DNA from: Chiloscyllium plagiosum
Lineage: Eukaryota
Assembly (NCBI RefSeq): GCF_004010195.1
Contig: NC_057719.1
Span: forward strand, 18,435,159 to 18,499,158
Length of the DNA: 64,000 nt
Direction of reading: 5' to 3'
This document shows, one piece after another, positions 1-13,292 of the stretch. The translations under genes and the position numbers were made by a program. Positions within the stretch are counted from its first letter, which is position 1; every line of letters starts with the position of its first letter. A model generated the notes under the pieces. That model saw only the letters and a list, made by a program, of their open reading frames with translations, was not told where the DNA came from and searched no databases.

Positions 1-257
1 CGCCCCCACCCCCTCTCCGGCCTATCACCTTCACCTTAACCTCCTTCCACCTATCGCATTCCCAACGCCCCTCCCCCAAGTCCCTCCTCCCTACCTTTTA
101 TCTTAGCCTGTTTGGCACACCCTCGTCATTCCTGAAGAAGGGCTTATGCCCAAAACGTCAATTCTCCTGCTCCTTGGATGCTGCCTGACCTGCTGCACTT
201 TTCCAGCAACACATTTTTCAGCTCTGATCTCCAGCATCTGCAGTCCTTACTTTCTCC
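1..257 (+). mobile_element. Penelope-like element pseudo-LTR (3' end) with degenerate hammerhead core
   Basis: CTGAAGA-A-GGGC-TTAT-GCCC-(A)AAACGTC at 132-159, then the gatgctgcctgacctgctg...ctccagcatctgcagtcc tail seen many times in the window and attached to a GIY-YIG ORF at 61572-62008. Confidence 0.75.
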
Positions 258-2210
258 TAACATCTGTGAAGAAAAAGCAGCGTTATTGCTTTGGGGTCGG
301 TGAGCTTTCTTAAGAACTGATGATCGCTTGGAAAAGGTTGGTATATACAGTACGCTGAAAATGAAGTGGGCAAGGGGGTGGGGGGAAGTAAACGGTAGGT
401 GGAGATGAAAGCCAGAGAGGGAGAGAACACGTGGACAGACAAAAGAATGGGTAAAGGTTAACCTGGGACATCAATAGCTGCTAATTGGGACCATTAATGG
501 CTGACAATTTCTATCCTACTCTCACCTTTACCTGTTCCATCTCTGATATTTCCCTTCCCTTCCTTGTCATCTCTGTTTCCATTTCTGGGGATAAGTTGAC
601 CACTAATATCCACTACAAACACACCAACTCTCACAGTTACCTGGACTATAAAACCTCACATTTCACTTCCTTTAAAGACTATATTCCATTCTCCTAGTTC
701 CTCGGTCTCCTTCACATCTGTTTTGATGACGTCAACTTCTACAAGGAACCTCTATCTTTTTGCTTCAAGGCCTTCATCCATCTCCCGCACTTCGGCCTTC
801 ACCCCTTCTCTTCCCTCCCACGTCACTGATACAGTCCTGCGATCCTCAGATATCATCCCACCAACATCCACATCCAAAGGATCGTTAGCCACCATTTCGA
901 CCACCTCCAGTGGGATGCTGACAATCAATACATATTCCCCTCCCTTGTCAATCTTTCATAGGGACTGTTCCCTCCACCACTCCACTCCGATGGCACCTTC
1001 CCATGTAACCACAGAAGGTGCCACACTTGTGGTAGCAGCCCATGTGATGACAGGGCCTAGTGTGTGGGAGTTGAACTAAAGATATGGGAGAAGGTGCTTG
1101 GACCCTAAAATTATTGAACTCAGTATTAAGCTCTGAAAGATGCAGGGTCCCCAAGCGGAAAATGAGGTGCTGTTCTTCCAGCTTGCGCTGAGCTTTCCTG
1201 GAGCACTGTAGCAAGCTTGAGACAGAAATGTTGGCCAGGGAACAAGGTGGTGAGTTGAAATGGCAGGCAACTGGAAGTTCAGGGTCATTTTTGTAAGTGT
1301 TCTGTGAAGTGGTCACCCAGTCTGCATTTCTTCTCCCCAGTGCAGAGGAGATCACATTGTGAGCAGCAAAAAAATAGACTAGATTGAGTGAAGTGCAGGT
1401 AAATCACTGCTTCACCTGAATGGATAATGGGAGGGAGGAAGTAAACAGGCAGGTGTGGCACCTTCTGTGGTTACATGGGAAGGTGCCATCGGAGTGGAGT
1501 GGTGGAGGGAACAGTCCCTATGAAAGATTGACAAGGGAGGGGAATATGTATTGATTGTGGGATGATGTCTGAGGATCGCAGGACTGTATCACTGATGTGG
1601 GAGGGAAGAGAAGGGGTGAAGGCCGAAGTGCGGGAGATGGATGAGGGCCTAGAAGCAAAAAGGTGGAGGTTCCTTGTAGAAGTTGACGTCATCAAAACAG
1701 ATGTGAAGGAGACCGAGGAACTAGGAGAATGGAATATAGTCTTTAAAGGAAGTGAAATGTGAGGTTTTATAGTCCAGGTAACTGTGAGAGTTGGTGTGTT
1801 TGTAGTGGATATTAGTGGTCAGCTTATCCTCAGAAATGGAAACAGAGATGACAAGGAAGGGAAGGGAGGTATCAGAGATGGAACAGGTAAAGGTGAGAGT
1901 AGGATAGAAATTGTCAGCCATTAATGGTCCCAATTAGGATAGAAATTGGAGGTGAAATTTATGGATTTTTCCAATTATGGATGAGAGGGGAAGTAGCACC
2001 ACTTATGTCATCGATGTACTGACAAAAGAGTTATGGGTGAGGGCCAGAGTGTTCCACATAGCCCACAATGGGATAGGCATAACTGGGGCCCATGCAGGTA
2101 CTCATGGCCACCTCTCTGATTGGACTAAAGTGAAAGAACTTAAAGGAGAAGTTGATCAAAATGAAGATGAGTTCAGCCAGGCAGAGGAGGATGGTGGTGA
2201 ATGGGACTGG
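258..2210 (-). mobile_element. Rearranged Penelope-like element (RT and GIY-YIG remnants) with internal inverted duplication
   Basis: ORF 948..1355(-) PVACHFNS...RKLEEQHLIFRLGTL (GIY-YIG C-terminus); ORF 1721..1933(-) LPFLVISVSIS...TNIHYKHTNSHSYLDY (PLE RT C-terminal part); same peptide on + at 485..697. Confidence 0.8.
481..1937. repeat. Near-identical inverted repeat, arms ~481-1027 and ~1452-1937
   Basis: Direct reverse-complement match; mirror ORF pairs 485..697(+)/1721..1933(-) and 723..1079(+)/1471..1695(-). Confidence 0.9.
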
Positions 2211-2650
2211 AAGACTATCAATTCAATGAAAGATGTCCTTTGGTCTGCTTGAAACCTGTTGGTTTTCCAGTGCAAAGAGTTGACTTTGACAGGGTGTTGC
2301 AGACTAACACACTCTAAGGTCCAGGGCTAGGTGCTGAAGGATGCACTAAAGCTTGGAGCAGCAGTGGCCAATGTGCATTGGAGAAAGACCCACATTTAAA
2401 GTCTATCTGATAAAGTATAACGAGGCCACACTCAGTTATCAGACCCTCTCATTACCTCAAAATGAATATAAATAGCTTCCTGCCTGAGAAGAAAATGTCT
2501 TTGCTTTTCAAACCACAGGGAAGCTCTGAGAAATGTCAAAATTCTAATGTTTTGTGTATTTTTCTCTGCAAAGACAGTATTGAACTGATTTAGAACCTTT
2601 GTATGTACTTATAGATGATTTTTATAATAAAAATTTAGCAATAAAAACAA
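2205..2650 (+). mobile_element. Tx1/L1-clade LINE 3' end remnant
   Basis: WKTINSMKDVLWSA*NLLVFQCKELT...LKDALKLGAA, homologous to the end of the element at 57520-59590; AATAAA/A-rich end. Confidence 0.65.
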
Positions 2651-3935
2651 TTCCCTGTGGTGGTTTCCTTTGCTGCTAGTGGTTAAATTATGCTCAATAC
2701 CTTTTCAGTTTTTCCTAGTTCTGATGGAAGTTCACAACCTGAAATGTTAACTTTGCTTCTATCTTCACAAGTGTTGCCAGACCTGCTGAGTATCAATTTC
2801 TAGTTTTATGTCAAATTTTCAGAGTTGCTGCTAGTCTGCTGTTTGGGAAATGGTTTATCATGTTCAAACACAGCAGTCATTACTAACTATATTTGTTTTA
2901 ACCTCCCCAGCAGAAAGGACAGGAGAAAAAAGCTTTATATAAAATTCCTTCCCCATTTGATAAAAAATAAATAATTTTCTTATTTACCTGCAGCAGAAAG
3001 GTGATTAGAGCTGTTCTAACCTGAAGTCCTCACAGCACACACTTTCACCCACTAGGACACACAGCCCTGGGGTGAAACCAACTTTTAAACCCTGTTGTTA
3101 TGTATCCTTGAAAAAGGACAACGCAAATATGTTTCTTTCCCAATCTCCTTTCTTTCTCCCATCATGATCTCAGTCTGAGATAACTCACAGGAGATTACAT
3201 TTCAGTTTGCATGCTAGGTTTTGAAGTTCTTTTTGAAAATGTCTTGGCACACAACCAGGTGTGACATTCCATGGTCTCCCATGCAGGTGGAGGTAATCTA
3301 CAGAAGAGTTTCAGGCAGTCACTCAAATATATTATCAGTCATTTTTACTCTATATCCTCCTTTTTAAAACATGTGCTGTAATCAAAGATTCACTATATCC
3401 ATAGATGATCCACGGTTATGATTTATGGTCATGGGGGCATAGGCTCAGTGTTTATTCACTTAGCATGGCTATTGACCAAAACAAAGATTGACTCTTCACT
3501 TCAGAAAAAAACCCAACATGCATCGATTCTTTCATTTTTCTTCAGTTTGATGATAGAATGAAGGAATCTTGGCTGGACCATTTTTCATTCTGAGACAAAC
3601 TTCACAAACTTTATAACTTGGGTTACCAAGTTATGCATTCATGCAAACTACCTTTTTGTGGTTCTTGAAGAAGTTCCTTTTAGAGTATCTCTGCAAAACC
3701 CAGTAAAATAATGAATTTTTAAACCTCACAGCGGACAATCTTATTCCATGCTCAGATCATCACCACTTGAGGAATACTCTTGCACATCAAGGGCCCAGTA
3801 ACTGGGGCCCTGGTATGCTTGGGTTGGGATAGGAAGCACTGTATTCAGGTCAGAAGGGTGGCCAAGTGTTTTTACCAGGCCTGTGATTTCTGAGCCTTCC
3901 CCTGGCTGTGACCCATTCACCTTTCTGAATCGTCT

Positions 3936-4105
3936 CCATTTTTATTAATTTATTCAGCTCTGATAGCTTCTAGTTGTGCATAAAGCACAGACATAGCTCT
4001 GTAACTCATTGTTTATATATTGTCTCAACCTGAATTTTGATCGTGATGCCTAACCGTATCATTGGTCCTCATTACTCTGAAGCCGCTTTGTGTTCTCAGT
4101 ACTTT
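3936..4105 (-). repeat. 170-bp local repeat, copy 1 (inverted relative to 5301-5469)
   Basis: Reverse complement matches 5301-5469 with few differences. Confidence 0.9.
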
Positions 4106-4258
4106 CACAACACCAGGCGCTTTCTTTCTGATCTCTACTGCAGATAACTCAGCCTAGTTACTGAACCTCCTGAAGCCAAATCCTTCTCATCAGGACGACT
4201 ATATTCCTTCCCAATCATGACCAAGAGCAAGAAATAGGATACCTCACTGCATTCATGG

Positions 4259-4580
4259 GGAGGCAATGAACTATTAGTCCAAAGACCCAGGTAATGTTCT
4301 GGTGACTCAGGTTCAAATCCTACCATGGCAGATGGTGAAATTTGAATTCAGTAAAAACCTCGAATTATGAGTTTAATGATGACCATGAATCTATTGTCAA
4401 TTGTTGGAAGAAACCACCTGATTCACTAATGTTTTTCAGGGAACAAAACTGCCATCATTACCTAGTGTGGCCTACATGTGACCCACAGCAATGTGGGTCA
4501 CTCTTAAGAGTTCTCTGGGATGAATAACAGTTGCTGGCCAAGCAAGCAGCGCCCTCGCCCCATGATTGATTTTTTTTTTA
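4259..4580 (+). mobile_element. tRNA-derived SINE (non-HE1 family with CR1-like tail)
   Basis: B-box ggttcaaatcc, then ccatggcagatggtgaaatttgaattca; related copies at ~14740-15030(-), 16400-16592 plus 18510-18620(-), 25200-25495(-), 35345-35640(+), 52945-53245(+). Confidence 0.7.
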
Positions 4581-5300
4581 AGTTCTACTCCCTACACTAT
4601 CTTCTCCTTGCACTGTAATACTGCTCCTGTAGCAACTCATCAGTCTCACAGCAGTTTTGTTTGAAGGACTGTGACTTAGGGACTTCTTGTAATTTTCTTC
4701 TGCAATAACAGGCACTGCTGCAGCTCTATCAGTAATGGAAATAAATTGTGAACATCTGACTTTCTTTTTTACTGTGGTTACTGGAATTATATCTTTAGCC
4801 CTATCACTCTCCTAGTCCATTTGTTGCTTTTCTTCTTATCTGACCTGAGTACAACTCTTAAACATCCTGCTCGATAACATCGACTTCGATTTTGCTTTGT
4901 ACCTATCATAAGTGTCTTCAAGAGAGCCTGATTCCTGCAGTCTTTAGACTTACCACAACCTTGAGCTGGGGCCTGGTAATTTAGACCTTGTACTGAAACC
5001 CAGGGCATTACTTCTGGCCATTCCTGTCAATCTGACCAGTTTTCCAACAGGCCTAGCACATTGACAGCAAACAAGTTCATTTAAAGACTTGTTCGCTATC
5101 AAATGACAATGATAATATCTACATTTCTAACTCTAAGACAAGGAACTTGGCTGCTGCAGCTGGATCTCACTGAAATCTGTTGAGAGTTGCAACTATTCCT
5201 CCCTGCTCTATCCATGTCTGTGGATCAGTGCTAAAGATTCAGAAGGACAGTGGGCAAATTTGACTCTGAGAGCCTTCAAAACGCTCAGTACAATGTAAAC

Positions 5301-5469
5301 AAAGTACTGAGAACACAAAGCGGCTTCAGAGTAATGAGGACCAATGATACGGTTAGGCATCACAATCAAAATTAGGTTGAGACAATATACAAACAATGAG
5401 TTGCGGAGCTATGTCTGTGCTTTATGCACAACTAAAAGCCATCAGAGCTGAATAAATTAATAAAAATGG
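5301..5469 (+). repeat. 170-bp local repeat, copy 2
   Basis: Matches 3936-4105 (inverted) and 5999-6114 (direct, partial). Confidence 0.9.
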
Positions 5470-5569
5470 GCAACCAATGAATGAAAAGTTGTCTTGAAAA
5501 TTGAACTGTCAGAATCTCTGAGGTACAGTTCGGAATTCTGCAATGAGTCGCTCACCTCCTCTTTCCAAA

Positions 5570-6490
5570 AGGTCACATTATCAGGAGAGTGGTGGAATAC
5601 TCTCCAACTTTGGACAGTTCAGCTCCAAAAAGACTCATGATGCTCGGTACTGTCTAGAATGCTTGATTGACACCATATCCACATATTCACTTGATTGATA
5701 CCATATTCACTCCATCCAGCACCGCTGCATCATAGCAGCAATCGTCAAGACACATTTCACAAAATCTCCAAGGTCCCTTCGACAGCAGCTTCCAAATGTG
5801 AACACTATCACCTGGAATGACAAGGCCACAGATGCATGGAAGACCGGCTGCCCGCAAGTTCCCTTCCAAACCAGGCAACATCCTACTTTGGACTCCCTCA
5901 AAATCCACAAGTCCCTTCCTCAAGTGCACAGTGGCTCAGTGGTTAGCAGTGCTGCCTTACAGCGCTGGGGACCCAGGCTTGATTCCAGCTTCAGGTGACA
6001 GAGTAATGAGGACCAAAGATATGGTTAGGCATCACAATCAAAATTAGGTTGAGACAATATACAAACAATGAGTTGCGGAGCTATGTCTGTGCTTTATGCA
6101 CAACTAGAAGCCATGATGAGTTTGCACATTCTCCCTTTGTCTGCATGCGGTTTCCTCTCACAGTCCAAAGATGTGCAAGTTAGGTGGATTGGCCATGCTG
6201 AACTTCCCATAGTGTCCAGGGGTGTGCAGGCTTGGTGGGTTAGCCATGGAAAATACAGGGATAAGGTGGGTAGCTTTTTGAATAGTCCGTGTGGACTTGA
6301 TGGGCCGAATGGCCTGTTTTCTACACTGTGGGGATTCTATGAGTCTTTATAGCACTGCAGATGTCCCTAAATCCCAAGGACAGGAGTGGTTTAAAAAAGC
6401 AGCTCACCACCACCTTCTCCAGGGTACTAGGGATGGGCAATAAATGCTGGCCTTCCAGGGATGCCCACATCCATGAACAAATTTTTAAAA
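5570..6490 (+). mobile_element. Old CR1-type LINE 3' end interrupted by an HE1 SINE
   Basis: 3' tail gcagctcaccaccaccttctcc...gggcaataaatgctggcc...cccacatccatgaa resumes after the SINE. Confidence 0.6.
5925..6350 (+). mobile_element. HE1-type SINE carrying a 116-bp templated insertion (5999-6114)
   Basis: Head gcacagtggctcagtggttagcagtgctgcc; body gagtttgcacattctccc...cagtccaaagatgtgc; CR1-like tail ctatgagtct. Confidence 0.8.
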
Positions 6491-7543
6491 ACAGCTCCTA
6501 GCACTTAAGAGTTCATATCCTACCATGTCAATTAGATAATCTGATCATTTGTAGGCCAGGAGTCAAATTGTGAAAGTGTCTGGGCCATATTCAAAATTGC
6601 AACTAAGTGTTAGGATCTGATGCTCCAGTGTGGGGCCGGATAACATCAGGAGTGATTGATTCCCAGCCCCCATTAAGAGAAAGCTCAACGGATCAAGCTA
6701 CAATCAAGCAGTGAGCTTTCTGGTGCGCCATGAGCCTCAATGCTGAAGTCTTGCTCTGCCAGAAGCTGTCAGCCAGTCAGAGGCTATCAGCATCTGGGTC
6801 CTCGAGATTGCAAGAAATAAGCTTTACAGGTTTAAATAATGAGTGAGTAAGTGCTTTTCTTTTGGGTCTCGCCCATTGCAGAAAGAGTGTGGTTAGAGAG
6901 TTCAGAGGCAAGGGCAGAAACGTGAACTCTGTTGGCCACATCCTATCACTGCCCCTCTGATTGGCCCCTATTTAGGTAGGTGGAGCTCCTCCTTCCTAAC
7001 TCAACAGGCAGGTTGCCTGGTTTGCCAATCGCAAAACTAGCCACAGACAGCAAGGCAGATAATCAGGGTGATGGTGAGTTCAGGCTCCTGAGTGGCCAAG
7101 AATTGACCACAGAAGCACTTTAGTTTGTGCTGAGCTGAGAAGGTTGCCCATGGACTTTCTAAACGTGTATCTAATTGCTGAGGTGGTGAAAATCTCTCCA
7201 GGATGAATTTGCTGAACTATTTGCCCATTTTCCACTTTCTTCACCATCTATAGGAAGGGAATAATCATGCCTAGAATTTGCAAAAACCCAGCAGTGAAAG
7301 ATATTTACCACTCTGATCTGGTCCAGGCTGAGTATAATTAGACTCATTCGACACAGTTGACTCTTAGTGGTTTCAGGGCAAGTGTAAGAAAGAGCAATCA
7401 ATAATATATTAGTCAGGGATATTTAAGAGACTCTTGGATAGGCACACGGAAGCAATCAGATCCTTTCTATTGAAGGACTTCACAAGAAGGTTGATGACAG
7501 TTTGCCCAAGGAGTTAGAGGGGACATTTCAAGCAAAACACATC

Positions 7544-7545
<2 letters not shown>

Positions 7546-7575
<30 letters not shown>

Positions 7576-7631
7576 GACTGAGAGAGAAAGAGATAGAGAG
7601 ACAGAGAGAGAGAAAAAAAGAGAGAGAGAGA
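7546..7631. repeat. Imperfect (GA)n microsatellite
   Basis: Direct reading. Confidence 0.95.
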
Positions 7632-8359
7632 TGATACCTTTTGGATGAAAGAAGCACTTGAAAGGTATAAGGAACTGTCAGGCTTTTATTGATTTTTGGG
7701 ACAAGGTAAATGAATCAAAGTCTTGAGCATTTCTGTGTCTTATTGCTCATTTGAAAATCTGGATTTGATCAAGAATTACATTATTGTACTCCACCCTTTC
7801 ACATTAACGTTGTTCGCATCCGTCATCTCTATTACCATTTTTGCTGACTGTCTCTTTTTTTTGTAAGTGCTCTTGCTATGAGACTAGGTTACATGACATG
7901 TGGTTAAATCAAGATTAGATTAGAGCTTCTTTCTTTCTTCCTCAAGTGCAGACTGCTTGCTCATTGGTCAAGGTGCACACTTTGCTGAGAGATAGCCTTG
8001 AAGCTGCACTTTAATGCTGACTCTGTGGTCAACGCAGCAGCCGAGCATTGACCTCCTCACACTGACCACACTCGGTGTAATCATATAGCAAGATGGAAAG
8101 GAAATGAGCAGAGATATGTGGCACCTTTACAGCAGAGGACCGCAAGAGCTCTTTAAAAGAGACCAATCGTGACTCATGCCTTTCGATTTTAATGGCAACT
8201 CACACTTGGCTTTTGAAGATTGTTCTCAATTCCACATCAACGGGAACGTTGAAACTTGCCAGATTGAACTTAGATCCATCATCTTCCCCAACCTGTCTTC
8301 CACCCACTACTGCCTCCCACCCCATATCCTCACTCTACCAACCCTTCCCTTACAATTTT

Positions 8360-9250
8360 TTTAAATTTATTCATGGCATCTGGCTGATGTTAGCCTTGCC
8401 AATATCTATTGCCATTCTCAGTTTTCCTTGAGGAGTGGTGGTGAACTGCCTTCTTGAACTGTTGCCATAGGTGAACACAAAATTTTGTTCGGTAGGGAGG
8501 TCAAGGATTTTGAGCCAACGGCTCAATTTATCTTGTGCCTTTGTCCTACTCGATGGAAGTGGCTGTGGGTTGAATGGTGCTGTCTAAGGATTCTTGTAAC
8601 ATTCTATACCATCTTATCAATGGTACACACTGCTGCTACTGAACATCATGGTGGAGGGATTGAATGTTTGTGGATGTGTTGTTAGTCCAGTGGCTTGGTT
8701 TGTCCAGGGTTGTTTCAAGCTTCTAGAGTAGTGTTGAAGCTGCACTCATCCCAAAAAAATAGGGAATATTGCATAATTCTCCTCAGTTGTGCATTACTAG
8801 TCAGGGAGAGTGTTACATCTGCACTCAGAGAGGACATACTGGAGGGCTCATCCACTGAGGCATCTTCAGCTGCTTCATCATAAGGTCAGAAGTAAGGGTG
8901 TCTGCCAATGATTGCATAATGTTCAGCACCACTTGCAACTGCTCAGATACTAAAGCAGCCCTTGTCCAAATGCAGAAAACATCCAGGTTTGGGCTGTCAA
9001 GTGGCAAGTAACATCTGCAACATTGAAGTAGCAGGAAATGACCATCTCCAACAAAAAAGAATCTAACCATCACCCTTTGACATTCATTGGCTTCACCATC
9101 ATTGAATTCCCCACTGTCAACACGCTGGGGGTTACTATTGACCAGAAACTGAAGTATCCTAGCTATATAAATATAATGGCTACAAAACCAGATCAAAGAC
9201 TAGAAATCCAGCAGTAAGTTACTTCTGATTCTACAAAGCCTGCCTACCAT
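8360..9250. mobile_element. Jumbled old CR1-type LINE fragments in both orientations
   Basis: Reverse-complement CR1 tail at ~8360-8470; endonuclease fragment LVRESVTSALREDILEGSSTEA(+) at ~8797-8865; RT-end fragment(+) at ~8900-9250. Confidence 0.55.
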
Positions 9251-9507
9251 CCACCATGTTTGTAAAGTGACAACTTTGGATGACATAAAATGTCTGACCA
9301 CATGCCTTTCACCATCACTGACACAGTTGACCAATATGTATTAACTTGCACAGGAGGTAAAATGGCCTCCTTCTGTATTGATGTTTTCATCAACAACTTC
9401 AGTAAATGTCTAACGTTTTGCAATTTCCTTGGGCAAAAGGAAAAGTGTTACTAATGGGTCACAGGTTTCATCTGGTGTAATGAGCCCATGTGCAATAAGT
9501 TAGTTTA

Positions 9508-11115
9508 GAATCATAAAGTCATAGAGTCATACAGCATGGAGACAGACCCTTCTGTCCAACCTGTCCACGGCAACCATGTTCCTGAATGAAACTAGTCTGC
9601 CTGCACTTGGCCTATATCCCTCCAAACCTTTCCTATTCATGAACATCCAAATGTCTTTTAAACAGTGTAACTACCTGTATCCATCACTTTCTCTGGCAGT
9701 TCATTTCACATATAAACTACTTTCTGTGTAAAAAACAATTTCCCCTCATGTTCTTTTAAAATCTTTCTCCTCACACCTTAAAAATGTGTCTCCTAGTTTT
9801 GAACTCCCCCACCCTATGGAAATGATCTTTGTCAGTCATCTTATCTATGCCCCTCATGATTTCATAAACCTCAATAAGTTCTCCCCTCAACAGACTATAC
9901 TCCAGTGAGAGTAGTCCCAGTTTTTCCAGTCTCTTTTTATATCTCAAACCCTCCATTCCAGCAACATCCTGGAAAATATTTTCTGAACCCCTTCCAGTTC
10001 AATAATATCCTTCCGATAACAGATTATTGCAGAACTGCACACAGCACTCCAGAAGAGGTCTCACCAATGTTTTGTACAACCTCAACATGACATTCCAACT
10101 CCAGTCAAGTCCAGTACTCAAAGGTCTGAGCAATGAAGATAAGTATGCTAAATGCCTTTGTAACCACCCTGTCCATCTGTGATCCAAATTTCAAATAATT
10201 ATGTACCTGAACCCCTCGGTCTCTCTGTTCTACAACACTACCTAGGGCTCTACCATTAATTGTATAAGTCCTGTCCTTGTTTGTATTACCAAGATGCAAT
10301 ACATTGCATTTATCCAAATTAAACTTGATCTGCCACCAACCATTGACACAATTAATAAAGGTCTCATCGTAATCTTCGATAAACATCTTCACTGTTGACC
10401 ATAAAGCCAATTTTGGTGCCATCTGCAAACTTACTAACCACGCCTCGTATATTCTCATCTAAATCATTCATACAAATGACAAAAGTAGACCCAATACCAT
10501 TCCTGTGGAACACCACTGGTCCTAGGTTCCAGACTGAAAAACAATCCTCCACTACCGCCCTCTGTCACTTAATATAAAGCCAATTTTGTATCAAATTGTC
10601 AAGTTCACCGTGAATCACATGTGATCGAACTTTCCTAATGAGTCTACCATGCGGAACCTTGTCAAAGGCTTAACTAAAGTCAAAGAAAACAATGTCTACT
10701 GCTCTCCCCTCATCAATTTTTTTTGGTTACTTTATTTAAAAACTCAAACAAGTTTGTGAGACATGGTTTTCCTTGCACAAAACCATGCTGACTATCCCTA
10801 GGAGATCCTTGCCTCTCCAAAATGTATGTAAATCCTATCTTTTAGAATCACCTCCAACAGCTACCCACCACTGATGTCAGACTCATAGGTCTATAGCTCC
10901 CAAGCTTCTTCTTACAGTCTTTATTAAACAATGGCACAACATTAGCCATCCTTCAGCCCTCAGGTACTTCACCTGCACTAACAGACGGTACAAATATTTC
11001 TGCTAAGGGGTTCCACACTTTCCTCACTAACTTCCCACAATGTTGGAATACACTTGATCAGATCCTGGAGATTTATCTAACATTTTGTTTTCTAAGACCT
11101 CCGGCACCTCCTCAC
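9508..11115 (-). mobile_element. CR1/HER1-type LINE, 5'-truncated and degraded
   Basis: Minus-strand peptides VSKFADGTKIG, WQIKFNLDKCNVLHLG, YKTLVRPLLECCVQF, LEKLGLLSLE...RGELIEVYEIMRG; (tcatagag)n tail at left end. Confidence 0.9.
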
Positions 11116-11944
11116 CTCACTGGGAGCTCTGTGTTCTTGTGATTTCACCTAATCCGAGCCCTTTTAGAATCAACCAGATTGTTTTTGGAGGATGTATCTA
11201 ATGATCAAGATAATATTATCGAGGGTCAGAAATCAGCAGCGAGTGTCATTGTTATTAGTCTTGGACTGGATGGGAATTTCCGCTATTTTGCTGAAGCTGA
11301 AATTAGTTGAAATGCTCTTAAAAGAGCAGAAAACACAAGAATACCCAACTGGTGCAGAATTGAAAGTTACTTTATTTATTTTGTTTTATTTCTCCACTTC
11401 CTCTGTTCCACTTTCAAGGCCTTTATCTTTAAAATTAACATCCTCCCCCAGTCATTTATTTTAGACTTTATTGACATCTTTCTATGGGATATCTTTATCA
11501 TGTTGCTGTTTGTATTTATTTGGAAATTTGCACAGAGTGTCCTAGATTTGGTTAATTTTCCTCACATTCATTTTATATTTAACTTTCACTGACCCATTTC
11601 CTGTGGACATTCCACGTATCACTTCTCCTTGCCCCACATCTCTCGCAGCGCCTACAGCCAAACTGATTATGGCTCTCCCCAGGGTTTATTTCAAGGCCTG
11701 ATTTTTAAATGGGTTCATGGACCAGGAGATATTCAATTACATGTCTGAGGCGTGTACTAAGCTTGAACTGACAGTTGAAGTTGGCAGAAGCTTCATGCTT
11801 ACTGATTGCAGCAACCCGACATATCCCTCCTGCTTCACACTTGTGACTCAACTATCACAGAAAACATTTGGGAGGTGTATCTTGTTCATGTGGTACAGTT
11901 CTGCGCAGGCTCACATGAATTTCTTGGTGCTATGGCTGCTACAC

Positions 11945-12500
11945 GTAGTGTTCTTCAATGATGTTGGAATATTGCATGCAATTCAGGTCTCCCCTCCTAT
12001 CGGAAGGATGCTGTGAAATTTGAAATAATTTACAAGGATGTTGTCAGGGTTGGAGGTTTTGAGCTATAGGGAGAAGCTGAATAGGCTGGGGCTGTTTTCC
12101 CTGGAGCATTGGAGGCTGAGGGGTGACCTTATAGAGGTTTACAAAATCATGAGGGGCATAGTTAGGATAAATAGACAAAGTCTTTTCCCTGGGGTTGGGG
12201 ATTCCAGAACTAGAGGGCATAGGTTTAGGGTGAGAGGGGAAAAAAATAAAAGGGACTTAAGGGGGATCTTTATCACATAGAGGATGGTGCATGTATGGAA
12301 TGAGCTGCCAGAGGAAGTGGTGGACGCTGGTACAATTACAGCATTTAAAAGGCATCCGGACGGGTATATGAATAGGAAGGGTTCAGAGGGATATGGGCCA
12401 AGTGTTAGTAAATGGGACTAGATTAGGTTAGGATATCTGGTTGGCATGGACGAGTTGGACCGAAGGGTTTGTTCCTGTGCTGTACATCTCTATGACTCTA
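11945..12500 (+). mobile_element. CR1/HER1 LINE 3' end
   Basis: ORF 12038..12280 LSYREKLNRLGLFSLE...RGDLIEVYKIMRG...TRGH; tail ctctatgactcta. Confidence 0.9.
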
Positions 12501-13292
12501 CGATATCAATGAGGAAGGCTTCAAACGGTCTTCATAGGTGAATCTCACCTCCACGGCTTCCTGAAAAATGATTGATTAAGTGACCAGAAAGTAATCATAG
12601 TGGCTATTGTTCCACAGGAAGTTAACAGTGCATTGGAAGTTTCAGATGTTGTAACTTCTAGAAGGGCTAAATTTAGCTTTTTGGAACTAAAGTGATCAAA
12701 AGTTCCATGGAGAAAGTGGGAACAGGATTGAATGATTGGCCATTATCATGTTCAATGGCAGAGTGGACTTGAAATGCTAAATAGCCTGCTCCCGCTCTAG
12801 TTTCTATGTTTCTGTGATAAGGGGACTTCATTAGTCAGAGGATATATCAACACAAAGATTGATAGAATGTGTCAGCAATGAGCATTGAGTAATGTAAGAT
12901 AAAAGTAGCTAAACTAGTTGAGGTACAGACCATTCTATCATTAACAGATAGTCCTAGATTGAAGGACTGAATGGCCTCCTCTGGTACCTTATGTTTTCAG
13001 TGTTATTGAGGAATCTGATTAAAAATTGTTGTTGATCTTTGTACGTTCCAACGTCACCAATATTATTTTACTTTAACCTCTGAAGTGTGCCTTTGCAAAA
13101 GCTCCTTCATTTTGGCACTTGATGCAACTTTGAGAATTTTTGCTCTTTAGACATGGTACTGTCCAATTTTACTGTGGACATTGCTAGCCATTCAGCTCAC
13201 AGTGACAGACAACAGCCCATTAAACTGAGTACATATCCATGACTCTAATTGAAAGTATTTGGACTTATTCCACCAATTTTCCAAAGTCTTGG

